The notes: generated from the letters alone by a model not told the origin. Positions 38,975 through 51,356 are shown, numbered from the whole stretch's first letter. The stretch is DNA of 52,624 nt, filler included, from Squatina squatina (GCA_031763465.1; 3 parts of 3 records of this genome joined end to end with filler, not necessarily neighbours in it), one strand, 5' to 3'. Numbers and translations are program-made.

Positions 38975-39535
38975 AGACTAGTAGACTCATCACTAAGGTC
39001 AGGACATGTGGAATTAGGGGACAAGTGGCAGAATGGATAGCAAGCTGGCTACAAAAGAGAGAGTAGGGGTTAAAGGTAGTTACTCAGGCTGGAAAAGGTG
39101 GGAAGTGGTGTTCCAGAAGGATCAGTGCTGGGACCACAGTTGTTCACCACTTACACAAACGATTTGGACTCGGGAATTGGAAGTACAATTTCAAAATGTG
39201 TACCTTTTGGCAGGAAGAATAAGGAGACCACATACTATTTGGAAAATAAGTGTCTGAATGGGGTAGAGGAGCAAAGGGATCTGGGGATACAGATATGTAA
39301 ATCACTGAAAGTAGCAACGTAATGAGGACAAAAAGCAACCATATCATTGGGGTTCACTTCTTGAGGGATAGAATTGAAAAGCAGAGTAGTCAGCTACATA
39401 AACTTGTACAGAACCATGGTTGGGCCACACTTGGAGTACTGCGAACAGTTCTGGTGACCATATCACAAAAATGTATAGAGGTACTGTGGAAGGTGCAAAA
39501 AGGATTTACTAGAATGATACCAGAACTGAGTGGTT
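38975..39535 (+). mobile_element. CR1 RT fragment with internal deletions
   Basis: SGVPEGSVLGPQLFTTYTNDLD...EEQRDLGI...KVQKGFTRMIPEL. Confidence 0.85.
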
Positions 39536-39863
39536 ATCTTCCTCTTCATCCTCAAACTCCTCCTCTGTCTCTCCCTCTTCCTCCTCCTGAGGTGGTCCCT
39601 CGATCCCTGAAACTTCACACTTGCCCCTCTCACACAGCAATAGAGCAAAAACAATTCCGGTAGTCTAATAACAAAGCCCATGTTATTCAACATATTGTTA
39701 CGATTCAACATTTTGCACAGGTGACACTCCCAATGTCCCCAACAATATTGGAACCACAGTATTCCAAGTAGTATTTCCATCCTTCCGATAATCTACAATC
39801 CATTTCGTAATTAATTATTTGTTCAGAAACTTAGTCAATGCAGGATTAAATAAGACTACTTAC

Positions 39864-39954
39864 CTCCATCATATATTGGTCAACAATATGGAGGTCAGAC
39901 TGAGGGCCTTTGAACGTTTTGTACTTTTCAATATCATCCAACGTGGGAACATAT
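39864..39954 (-). CDS. Formin FH2-domain exon (putative PHCF-type formin)
   Basis: Not in ORF track; AATCAG|...|GTAAGT; YVPTLDDIEKYKTFKGPQSDLHIVDQYMME fits the FH2 PTxEE...L..xDQF pattern; phase-compatible with 43706-43817. Confidence 0.8.
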
Positions 39955-40609
39955 CTGATTTATAAAACAAGTACACAATTTACATTTCTGAAATGTAATT
40001 AATCAACCGGCACATAATAAACAAAAGCAAGCTTACAACAGATAGAAAACTAATTGAAAGTACGTTTTCGAAGAAACTCCAATACCTGCACATTAAGTTC
40101 ATTTCCATATATTGCAACCTTAAGTATACAGAAGATACTCAGTGAATTAAAAGGCAGTAATCCAATCATGGGTATTTGAGTAGGTCATTTCCATTGTCAT
40201 AATGCTATTGACCACTTGAGTTAGAAGCTGAAGGAATATCAGGTTTGTGCTGAAGAACGTACAGCATTACCTTCTGACGGACTACAGGAAATTTCACTAT
40301 CATGTATGTACTAGTCATGGAATCTGCTAATATTGTGAACAACACTGTAAACCTAAGGAAAGCAGACAGTTTAATTGCTAGAAATGAAATGAGGTCATTA
40401 TAAATCACTCAGTTTTCTTCCATCTCTGGTCTGGCTGGCTAGGGCAAATAATCATTGACAATCCAATTCCACACTGCACAATACATGGTCAATTAGTGTT
40501 CCACTGTTAGGGGATATACTCCGATGCATCTATCTATTTCATTCTGCAGAGTCTCCTTGGTATCCATCTGTCTCTTGTCCAACTCTTGGATAGAGGTGAT
40601 GCAAGTGTT

Positions 40610-40725
40610 GGACTCAGTACAGGTAAGGAAGGATAATACAGCCACAGTCGCAGAGGATCTCATTCGTGATTTTGGCTAGGGCCGTTTTGATGCTGTGAGT
40701 ACTTAGAAAGGAAAATTGGATCAAG
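40610..40725 (-). mobile_element. L2-like RT fragment
   Basis: HSIKTALAKITNEIL resembles HSTETALxKVxND. Confidence 0.6.
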
Positions 40726-42289
40726 AGCAATGTTCCCTGTGCAGCGCTCCAACGAACCTGCGCAGCCGACCTTTCAATGTAAAAACCGTGCATGAATGCT
40801 ATTATGAATAGCCCACGCAGCCCCTTAAAGTGGCCACACAGGGCCAAAAAAAAATGATATGGAACATTGGTCAAGGGCTGAGTTTTTGAAGAGTGAGTTA
40901 CTGATGGCAGGTTACATCATCCTGTACATATTGCCTATATCCCAGACGTTCATTTTACTTTTTATGTTGTTAAAGTCCTTGCATCTCCATACCAACTCTG
41001 GAGAGAGGGTGGCAAAGTTGAAGATGCAAAGTTTTTCTTTGCCTCTTGCCTTGGTCATAATCAGTTCCTTTGTCTTATAAAATTTCAGTATTTTCCATAT
41101 TGATTGGCAATGTCACTGAAGTCGTGTGTTTGTAGAGGCAGTTTTTTGGAGGGTGAATGGTGCCAGATTTTGCTTTCTTGTAAGTAAGAGAGTTGCTATC
41201 TGCAGTTGCTCCCAAGTTTCTCTGATCAGCTGCAGTGCTCAGGATTGGTGCTAACGGCCAAGTGGTTCTAATTTGAATTTCCTACTCGGAGGCACATGGG
41301 CAAAAGTCAGACTGGGGATTTCTTGGTCTGGGCCAGGCTACAGCTTTGCATTGCTGCTCTACATTCTGGAGATGCGGACCACGGTTGGGGGACAATGATT
41401 TTCAGTACCTGATTTTGAGCAGGATCCCTATACTTTCTGCAGTATTTTCAAGACTGCACAAGACTATTGCCTTTTTGAGGATGCTACTTGCTAGTGTATT
41501 TTTTCATATATGAAACAGTCAATAGCTGGCACGAGCTAGTTCTTTATGCTGCTGCACTGAACTGAAGTCATGAGAAGTTTATTTTCACTTTTAAGACAGT
41601 TTTCTTCCATATCATCTACCCCTTGATATGTGTAGTGGATACATTAGGTAGAGATGTGGGATATGATTTACATCTGATAAGCTGGCTGATCTGATTACTC
41701 ATAAGCAAAGTCCCAAGTGAGTTATGCTTTATGTTGGAGTGGGATATAAATCATATCCCATGGGCCCCCATAATATATTCAGTTTACATCATACATTAAA
41801 ATTAATTAGGTAAAGAGCCAAAAAAGACGGGTTTAATGGTACACTCTATTACTTTGTGGGCTGGTGCCATGCAGTTGGAAGCAGTGCAAGTGCTAATTAG
41901 TCTTTCATTGAGTGATACCAGTTCCGAATCATTATGCTTCGATCATTCTCTTCAAATAATATTGAAACGAAAAGCAGCAGCAAGAATTAGTATGTGATAT
42001 TATCCCTGTGAAATACGTAAATAGGAATATTTGTTTAAATAAATTTTACAAAAAAACATTCCTCCATTCACAAGGTTTAATGGAAAAGTAGATGTATAAG
42101 AGTGGCAACTGGTGTCCATGTTGACAGATACTGCTCCTCAATAAAGGTAGTTAAAAATGCTTGTTAAATAAAAAAAAATGCTAAACAGGCTTTATTAATA
42201 CTTTGGTCAAGAAGGAGTGCCTAATGTATAATTCCACAGCTACAAAGCCACATTGAAAGATAAATATTCCACAGAAGTTCGGACTTGGC

Positions 42290-42720
42290 ATGAGTGAGGC
42301 TTATGAGGGCAGCAATGAGCACTGGAGTTTTATGACCAGAAGCATAGGTTTAGCAGCCATTGTTGGGCATTTCACGGAGGAGAATGAGGAGAGGGAGGTC
42401 CAAAAGCATAGAAGCCATGGGAGGCATATGAGTCACAACAGGCATCATCCCAGACAACGGGTCTACTGCAATAGCCAGCTGCCTGGTGATAATGCAAAAT
42501 CCACGACTAAAGAGGCAGAGGCTCACCAGGAAAATTGTGATTGAGGTGTGGAATCTTCGGACACACAGGGAGAGTAAAATATCTAAATGTGTTACCAGTG
42601 GTGAACGAAGCCATCACTGCCATCAACTTACATGCCACATGGACCCACATAGGGGCATCAAATACTTCACCATACTCCCAGTTATATATCTCAGCAAAGA
42701 CCAGAAGCAGATCAGTCTCT
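42290..42720 (+). mobile_element. Decayed Harbinger/PIF transposase N-terminal region
   Basis: RHHPRQRVY...KRQRLTRKIVIEV resembles the HARBI-like RVYR...RLRLxRxxVxE pattern; heavily degraded. Confidence 0.4.
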
Positions 42721-43261
42721 GCAAGTAGGAAGACTAAGTGAGTGTCTCATTGCCCAGTTCTTACAGCAAGAGTTGGTATTGGCACAATTCTTTTCATTTG
42801 GACATATTTATAATCACAGAATTGCTACTTGCCATATTTTGTTCCATGCTGCATGTTTTATTTGACTTTTGGACAACTAACAGCATCTTTTCTACATAGC
42901 GGGAGTGAAATTGGTCAACGGCAACATCTCAGAACAGGCCGATTTGCTTTTCCAATGGACCTACATTACTGAGGTCTCCACTGCAGTTGTACTGATATTG
43001 CTACGTGCTCATGAGCCCTGTAGCACCATGTATCTGAATGCTGGACTTCTCCAAGTAATCCGATCATCTTCAAATGCCAAATGCAAGGAGACAAGTGACT
43101 CTTCAGTACAGTCTTCCTGCTGTAATAACCTGAATTTGAACAAAGTCTGTACTTCTATACAATTCAGTGGCACCAGGCAACATGCTGTGGTTCCCCCTGC
43201 ACGCTGAGTTTGGCCCTGCATCAATCATTGCCACTGCTCTCCCTCCCTCACCATTATTTAA

Positions 43262-43370
43262 AAAAAGAAAGACTTGCATTTATATAGCACCTTTCAGGAC
43301 CACCAGACATCCCAAAGAACTTTACAGCCAATGAAGTACTTTTTGAAGTGTAGTCACTATTGTAATGATT
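43262..43370 (-). mobile_element. SacSINE1/L2-type 3' tail
   Basis: Reverse complement ...AAGTACTTCATTGGCTGTAAAG...GGTGCTATATAAATGCAAGTCTTTC. Confidence 0.7.
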
Positions 43371-43705
43371 GCTTAATGATCCTGAAACCATNNNNNNNNN
43401 NNNNNNNNNNNNNNNNNNNNNNNNNNNNNNNNNNNNNNNNNNNNNNNNNNNNNNNNNNNNNNNNNNNNNNNNNNNNNNNNNNNNNNNNNNNTGAGTTTTA
43501 AAAGATAATAGATTGTTGATGGATGACTGAGTGGGATAAGTAGTAACAATGGTTTGAGGATCTGGTAAATTAAGGTAATTAGTCTTGTTTTCAAACCAGT
43601 ATGTGGACAATTCAGCACTCACAATGGCAGCCGTATAGCTCCCTCTCTCTTGCATCATTCCTGAATGGTGCAAATGACAAAGTATCCCTTTCGCTGAAAC
43701 CTTAC

Positions 43706-43817
43706 CTCCGTAAAGAAGCAATCTGCTCATTTGTTAATCCACCATTTTCTTCTCGTATTATGAGCAATTTCCCCCTCAGTTGGGTCACTTTGACAGGGAA
43801 GCTTCTCAGAAAAATGC
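43706..43817 (-). CDS. Formin FH2-domain exon (putative PHCF-type formin)
   Basis: Not in ORF track; TTTTTTGAG|...|GTAAGG; (G)IFLRSFPVKVTQLRGKLLIIREENGGLTNEQIASLR; ends in phase 2 and joins 39954 as ...SLRR-YVPT... Confidence 0.75.
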
Positions 43818-44631
43818 CTCAAAAAATGGAAGAAAAAATTATGTAAAATCATTCACTGTCCATAAATTATGAGCCCATGTTAATTAGGAGAAACTCGATA
43901 AAATCTGTTTACCATTTATTTTCCAGTCTAATAGCTTTCACATTCTATCTTTTCCACTCATTTTATTATCATAACTTTAATTTTATTTTTTACTCTAATC
44001 GATCTATTCAAACGCTTTTTACTCCCAAGAAAATTCAAAACATTTTAATTACCTGTGTTCTTCTTTCTTCTGAAGCATTGTCAACATTCATGATTTACAG
44101 ATTTTTTTAATTGTTTGCAATTCAAGCAGATTTTAAAATATGTCGAAAGTTCCACTTAAATTTCCCACTTGAATTGTGAGCATTAGCAAAATTTCCATGA
44201 ATCACCAACTCACAAGTGAATTATGAGTGTGACATTGCTGCTCCAGGCTCTTACTGTGCAATTTAAAGGGACAACAGATGTCAAAAATGGGCTATGATGG
44301 GCTGGAAAAATAAGTTGATGAGTTATTTTTTCCAGCCAATTAAAAGACAAAGTGNNNNNNNNNNNNNNNNNNNNNNNNNNNNNNNNNNNNNNNNNNNNNN
44401 NNNNNNNNNNNNNNNNNNNNNNNNNNNNNNNNNNNNNNNNNNNNNNNNNNNNNNTTCTACTATTAAGTCATTTTAATGAATCCGTTATAAAATTAAAGCA
44501 CCTTTATGTCATGCAACGCAATCTGCTGAATAAATTGATGACCATACTTTAACTAAACAAAGATTTAGGCAGTCAGCTCCAAATCCAATATCTTTTTAAT
44601 GGCGAATAAAAGAGAATTGCTATTATCATAC

Positions 44632-44757
44632 CTTATCTGGTCTGCTTGGCTCCTGATTTGTTGGTTTGCCACTTTGTGCAACTTCCCAGGCCTGATCAAT
44701 GGTGAGCTCTCGGTTTTTCACTGCATTGAGTAACCTGATCTGTTCATCGTTGCTAAG
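44632..44757 (-). CDS. Upstream exon, probably of the same formin gene
   Basis: Not in ORF track; CATAG|...|GTATG; 126 nt, phase 0-0; LSNDEQIRLLNAVKNRELTIDQAWEVAQSGKPTNQEPSRPDK. Confidence 0.55.
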
Positions 44758-45149
44758 CTATGATGCAGAACAAGAACATTGAACATGTTAATAGAGCAAC
44801 CAATCATAAAAGGTGGAAGAGATAATTAGAACAAACTGCTAAAATTACAGCACAAGTCATTGCTCGCTTACAAAAACATGGTTACTTTTTCAACTAATCA
44901 ATATTTTGTGGATTATTAGAGATATTAATATCCTTAAATACAATGAGATAAGATTACACTGTTAATTCTCCCAAGCAACAAACAGACAATGAATTTTTCA
45001 GTCATTTGAACGTGGCAGCTCAAGATGATAAGGCTGTTAAAAAATTATTTGGGGTCCTTGGCTTTATAATTAGAGGCATAGAGTGCAAAAGCAAGAAAGT
45101 TATGCTAAACTTTATAAATTACTGATTAGTCCTCAGCTGGATTATTGTC

Positions 45150-45735
45150 CATAAATTTCCCTACCTGTGTGGGTCCGGTGCGAGCGATCGCTAGGGCAGA
45201 TCGCGAGTCCGTTGCTGGTTCTATTCTACTTTATGGTGCGGGACTGGTGATGTCATCGATGGTGCGTTTTCAGCCGGGATATTTAAAGGAGCAATGGCCA
45301 CAGTGCATTTGAAGGTTCATCTAGGATAGTGCAGTCACTGCACTGCACAATTCCATTGTTGCCCAGACCAGCAAATATGCTTGTGGGGGGAGTCAGAGCA
45401 CACAGGGAGGTCCTCTTCCCTGTTGAAGGCCGAAAGAGACCTCCCCAGCAGACCAAGTCAGCATGGCTCCAAATTACAGAGGAGGTCAACAGTAGGGGTG
45501 TGTTGGTGCAGTGCCACAAAAAATTTCAATNNNNNNNNNNNNNNNNNNNNNNNNNNNNNNNNNNNNNNNNNNNNNNNNNNNNNNNNNNNNNNNNNNNNNN
45601 NNNNNNNNNNNNNNNNNNNNNNNNNNNNNNAATGGCTGCCTCCGGACGCCTTTTCTTTAAATAACGCCCCATTAGCGCCCCTCAGAGGTGATAATGGGGC
45701 ATTAAAAAAGGCCAATTTTGGCACTAATATCTCTA
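45150..45735 (+). mobile_element. Harbinger element with Myb/SANT-like (MSANTD/NAIF1-type) ORF remnant
   Basis: LVGGVRAHREVLFPVEGRKRPPQQTKSAWLQITEEVNSRGVLVQCHKKF, with W and QCxKKF spacing typical of Harbinger DNA-binding proteins. Confidence 0.7.
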
Positions 45736-47197
45736 GGCCAACACATATTGTCAGAGTGGCCATGATTATGTTAGTTATCTTGTGTCCCTTGGATATTTCA
45801 CATATACCAATCAGTACGTCAAGCCCCACATTATCCTATCAATTTGAGAATGTTTAAAGTAACTTGGTGAAAGCTTGGGATGGTGCAGTAGCTTAATCCT
45901 AAGCACAAATGCACGAGTACCAAAGCTGATAACAGGAATACCTACTATTGCTGTGGGTAGTGATTATTTAATGATAAACAGTCACAATGCAGCATTTTAA
46001 AAATCACAATATTAATTATCATAACAACTAATCCCTGGAGACCTAATTATACGTGAACTAATTGGATTAATGCCAGTTTTTAAAAATTCCATCATAGACC
46101 CTTCCTTATTGCAGCGCTGATATTGCGATGAAATGTCTCTCTGAATTGATTACCTTTTACACTGACTATTATCAGGCTTATTTTAGATTAATTCACTTAC
46201 CAGCATGAGTAAATTACATTAATGTAAAGCTTTGTTTTGCTTGTCCCTGAAGATTGATTTCAGGGTCATTTGTATCTGTATATTAATTAGTTTTATGCAC
46301 ACATAGTTCAAGTCATTGTTTAAAATCACAAGGCATTATAGTATGNNNNNNNNNNNNNNNNNNNNNNNNNNNNNNNNNNNNNNNNNNNNNNNNNNNNNNN
46401 NNNNNNNNNNNNNNNNNNNNNNNNNNNNNNNNNNNNNNNNNNNNNCGCGCAATGATGACATCACAGCGGCACAATAACACTAAAGCCAGTGCCTCGAGCA
46501 TTATGGGCCTTATGCCCCTTTTGCGCCGGCGCAAACGGGAGCTGAATTTTGCGCCCGTGTTTTCGCACCCAAAGTGCCTTTACGCCAGTTTTGCGCTAGA
46601 AGATTTACCTCGAATTGTCCGCCCACAAAGTTTTGATTAGAGGTTGGGTGTATTTATCATGCTGTGATTTGCTGATTGAATTGGTAGATTGTTTTGCAGA
46701 TAGCCACTCACAAGTAACAGCACAAGGGGGCGCCAAACAACTATTGTCCTGGCATTTGAAGAGTTTGAAGACAGTACCTTATTGCAATAGTTAAGTTGCT
46801 GCCTGGAGCAGCAATTCACTGTCAATCAGCCATAGCCCTGCACTTTAAGTGGTCATTTTAAGTCTCTAAAGGACAGGGAGGAGCAGCTGCCTGCTAGTGG
46901 ACTATAAATGCATTGAACCATCAGCCATGACAACTCAGAGAATGAATCGAGACTCTGCCCATGTAAATAGAATGAAAGAAAGGAAATTGGGAACTCTCAG
47001 TCTTGGTGTTCCTTAAAACTAGCAATAGAAGGAATTGCTGTGTGTTGAATGGAGATCAGTAACTACTGACCAAAGTCGGCAGGATGAAGGATGAAGCTTT
47101 TTCACAATGAATTAATGGAACTTTCCAGTGCTGCCACAGTGGAAAAGTCACTCCTTTTAAGCTTTGCTTCCAGCACCACAAGTCAGCCGCTGTCACG

Positions 47198-48125
47198 ATG
47201 AATTCCACCCATTCTATATTCTTCCTGCCGATAATGAACAGCACGGAGGATCTGAAGGAAATCAGTGTTCTGAACAACAGGAGCAGCGCAGGCTTCTGTG
47301 AGCAGGTCCCAATTAAAGCTGAAGTGTTTTTGATTCTGGGAATCATCAGCCTCCTGGAAAACATCCTGGTCATCCTAGCAATCCTTAAGAACAAAAACCT
47401 CCATTCACCCATGTATTTTTTCCTCTGTAGTTTAGCAGTGGCAGATATGCTGGTAAGTGTATCTAATGCTTTGGAGACAATTGTGATGGCATTGTTGAAC
47501 AGCGGTTACTTAGTTGCTAGGGACCAGTTCATTCAGCAAATGGACAATTTTTTTGACTCAATGATCTGTATTTCTCTAGTGGCATCTATATGCAGTCTGC
47601 TGGTTATTGCCATTGACAGGTACATCACCATCTTCTACGCTTTGCGCTACCACAGCATCATAACAGTAAAACGGGCCTTGATTTTGATCATACTTATCTG
47701 GATTGCTTGCATTTTCTGTGGCATTATCTTCATCATGTATTCAGACAGTAAAACCGCCATCATTTGCCTTATCACCATGTTCTTCACCATGCTTTTCCTC
47801 ATGACCACCCTTTATGTCCACATGTTCATGCTTGCTCGTCGACACATTAAAAGAATCGCCACGCTCCCAGTCAATGGGATGGTTCGTCAGAGGACTTGCA
47901 TGAAAGGGGCCATTACCATCACCATCCTCCTGGGGATCTTTANNNNNNNNNNGTCCCAAAAATCCATACTGCATTTGTTACACATCACATTTCAACACAT
48001 ACCTGATCCTCATTATGTGCAATTCGGTCATTGACCCCATCATTTATGCTTTTCGGAGCCAGGAGATGCGCAAGACGTTCAAAGAGATAATTTGCTGCTA
48101 TTGTCTGAATCTCAACTTGCGTTAG
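47198..48125 (+). CDS. MC3R: Melanocortin-3 receptor (intronless GPCR; 10-N gap hides part of TM6)
   Basis: [39 protein letters not shown]; after the gap [57 protein letters not shown]; flanked by CBLN4 and FAM210B/AURKA. Confidence 0.95.
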
Positions 48126-48519
48126 AAGTAGGAACTTCATCAGCTGCGCAGCACCGTGACAGGACAATAGCCCTTCTGCTCCATTTGAGTTACCTGAGCA
48201 GGGATTTAGCTCACTTCGGACAACCTCAACCTGCAACGGCATGAAGAGAAAACATTTGGACAGAACTTTCGACAAAGGAAGCCCAGAATCAAAATCATCA
48301 GTTAATGTGTGCTGCAAATTGTGATCGCAGCTTTTGGGGAAACTGTAAAAAAAAAACCTGCATTTAATCTCTCGTGATGCATTACAGTAGAGAATGCAAA
48401 CTATATACTTATGCTGCAANNNNNNNNNNNNNNNNNNNNNNNNNNNNNNNNNNNNNNNNNNNNNNNNNNNNNNNNNNNNNNNNNNNNNNNNNNNNNNNNN
48501 NNNNNNNNNNNNNNNNNNN

Positions 48520-49012
48520 AGATGCAATGCCCAGAACTGTACAAAGTACTCCAGATTTGGTCTAACCAAGGGCTTTGTATAGTTGTAGCAAAATCTCCTC
48601 CCCTTTATATTCTAGCCTTCCAGTTATAAATGTTAATGTTCCACTAGACCTTTGATTTTTTTGTACTTGACTACAACATTGTAGTGATCTGTGTACATGG
48701 CCCCCTAAAATCTTTCAGCCTCCACTATTCCTAGCTTCCAACCATTTAACTAATACTCGGATCTATCCTTTTTTGGCCCAAAATGAATGACCTCACACTT
48801 ATCTGCACTGAAATCCATCTGCCACAGTTTTGCCCACTCACTTAATCTATGTATGTCTCTTTGTAATATGCACTGTCTACACTACTCACTATACCATCAA
48901 TCTTTGGGTCATCAGCAAACTTGGATATATAGCTCGCTATTGCATTATCCAAGTCATTAATGAATAGTAGAGGTTCCAGCACAGATCCTTAGGGGACACC
49001 AGTAGTCACTTC
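48520..49012 (-). mobile_element. CR1 RT fragment
   Basis: GVP*GSVL...SKFADD...VRPNLEYFVQFWALH. Confidence 0.8.
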
Positions 49013-49253
49013 CTTAAACACAGCTGATAATTTACAAAGTATTTACAGCACACAAACAAGCCAGCCATTTGGCCCAAACTGTCCATGCGGTTATGCTCCA
49101 CACGTGCCTCCTCCTACCCTTCTTCATCTAACCCCATCAACATAGCCTTCTATNNNNNNNNNNNNNNNNNNNNNNNNNNNNNNNNNNNNNNNNNNNNNNN
49201 NNNNNNNNNNNNNNNNNNNNNNNNNNNNNNNNNNNNNNNNNNNNNNNNNNNNN

Positions 49254-49660
49254 TAGGTTTCGTAGATTGTGAGAGACTTTGTGTGCTATAGGGCATTGAA
49301 GGTAGAGGAAATGAATAAGCTGGTCAACAGCAGCAGTGGTTTTGTAGTGGGAAGAGACCCAGAAGTGAGTTAATTAATTTTGAAGGTTGTTGGAGAAGGC
49401 CCTGAAGATATGTTTTTCCCCAGAGGCAAGGGCGACAAGCAGGGAACTGTTGATGTTGAGAAACATAAGGAAATGAGCAAAGGTGGCCTTGTCAATGATG
49501 ATAACCAAGGAGGTGACAAATCTCCAGGTGATGACAAGTTTGAGGGAGTAGCCATGGGTGTTGGTGAAGGATTTGATGAAAAAGGTGAGATTCAGAGGAC
49601 AGGAGAGTAGACAAATCAGAAGTGAGAAGGAGAGGATTCAGGAGAACATGAAATACTTTA
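49254..49660 (-). mobile_element. Decayed L2-like LINE fragment
   Basis: Purine-rich plus strand; Ser/Pro/Leu-rich minus-strand translation like L2 ORF2. Confidence 0.4.
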
Positions 49661-51192
49661 GCTGCCATTTGGGCCCATTAGAATCTCCTAATTTGCAAGG
49701 ATATAGGATTGGCTTCCTTTAGTTGGTGGAGTAGTAAAATGCCAAATGCCCAGAGTTTAATTAATTTTTCGTGAAGTTGCCACTATGATGGGGATAAACC
49801 ATGGCTAAAGTCAAATGAGTCCTGGTTTTGTGTTGGAAATGATGCTACAGTGGAGCCAATCACATGCGCGTTTTTGTTGCAAAGGTTTGTTTTCTCTTTT
49901 TTAAGGTATGAACTATGAATCCAATAATTTGATTTATTAGGTAATTTTTTTTGTGGTGGCAAGCAGTGATCACAAAGAATGTTGAATGCAGGATTTCCAA
50001 TGAAGTTCATGTGTGACATAACGCACAAGAAATTTCATAATGTATATTACTGGCTGCTTTCTGAAGGCTAATGGAATCATTTTAACTAATTAATCCCAAC
50101 ACGGACTGTTTCCAGTTAATGTATAATCATGACCTGTCTGGCGCTAGACAATTGGCAGTAGTGTGCTAGGTCCACTACAGTTCAGAGTGGAGTACTGAAT
50201 CAATTACAAATTTTAATACAATATAAAATAGCTTTGCTATCAGTAATTAAAAAGGCTCATCTTAAGGGTATTCACTAAATGTATGTTTATAATGTAATAT
50301 ACTTTATTACCACAAATATGACTGATTCACAAACATTGAAACCATACAAGATGGAAATAAAAGTATTTTCTTGTGAGCCACAATATGTTACTTATTGCAT
50401 TTTTTTTGGGGGGGGGGTGTGCTTGTGTTTTAGTGTGGAAAATCACAGCCAGATGTTGTGACATTATGAGCACTGGTAATGTCACAAATACCATGATGAT
50501 AGGAAATGTGGAGAAACCTTTACATTAGCCAGTCCATGTGAGCCAGATACATTATGACACATCACCAGCTGTACTTCAGTGCCGCACATGTTGGAACTGT
50601 GAACTTTGTACAAAACAGGACATTCCTTTTGAATCAAGAACAAACTGAAAAGTGGAAATTTGTATCCAGTTTAAAATTGTAATAGAAAAACCTACATCAG
50701 TAGAATAATGAATTTAATTAGAAATGGTAAAGTTGTGAAGGATTGGTCAGTAAAAGAGTGGATCTGAGATTTTTATTGTACTGAAATGGACAGCATGGAC
50801 GTTTTTTTTTGTTTGTATAGATCTATTGATAAGCTAAGTGAACAGATTCATAAACCCACATATGGCCAATGCCTTGAGAGATTAATCCAATAATTGAATT
50901 TAGTTGCTAAGATTACTTTTTGTGAANNNNNNNNNNNNNNNNNNNNNNNNNNNNNNNNNNNNNNNNNNNNNNNNNNNNNNNNNNNNNNNNNNNNNNNNNN
51001 NNNNNNNNNNNNNNNNNNNNNNNNNNTCACCAGTTTTGCAGATGAAATGTTGAAACCTTCTGATGAATTTCCAATAAAAAAATAAGCTAGGGTTGGGGGC
51101 GACTTCAACAATTTAAAAAATTTGGAAAAGACACCTTTCCCTTCCTTAGGGTGAGACTCTGTGTTCATGCAGGATATTTTAAATAATGTTTT

Positions 51193-51203
51193 TGTGTGTG
51201 TAT

Positions 51204-51238
<35 letters not shown>
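51193..51238. repeat. (TG)n microsatellite
   Basis: Direct observation. Confidence 0.95.
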
Positions 51239-51239
<1 letters not shown>

Positions 51240-51356
51240 CCACTATTTGAATGCTACATGCCTTGGAAAATCCCACTGAATTCAATAAGCTATAGCTCGT
51301 TGTTTCTTTTATATTCTGTTCCAATGATAACATTCACCCTTACCATATCTCCTCAG

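Noticed and set aside
40086-40119. Possible 33-nt exon between the two FH2 exons
   Set aside because: Weak donor, and it would disrupt the FH2 spacing already satisfied by direct splicing.
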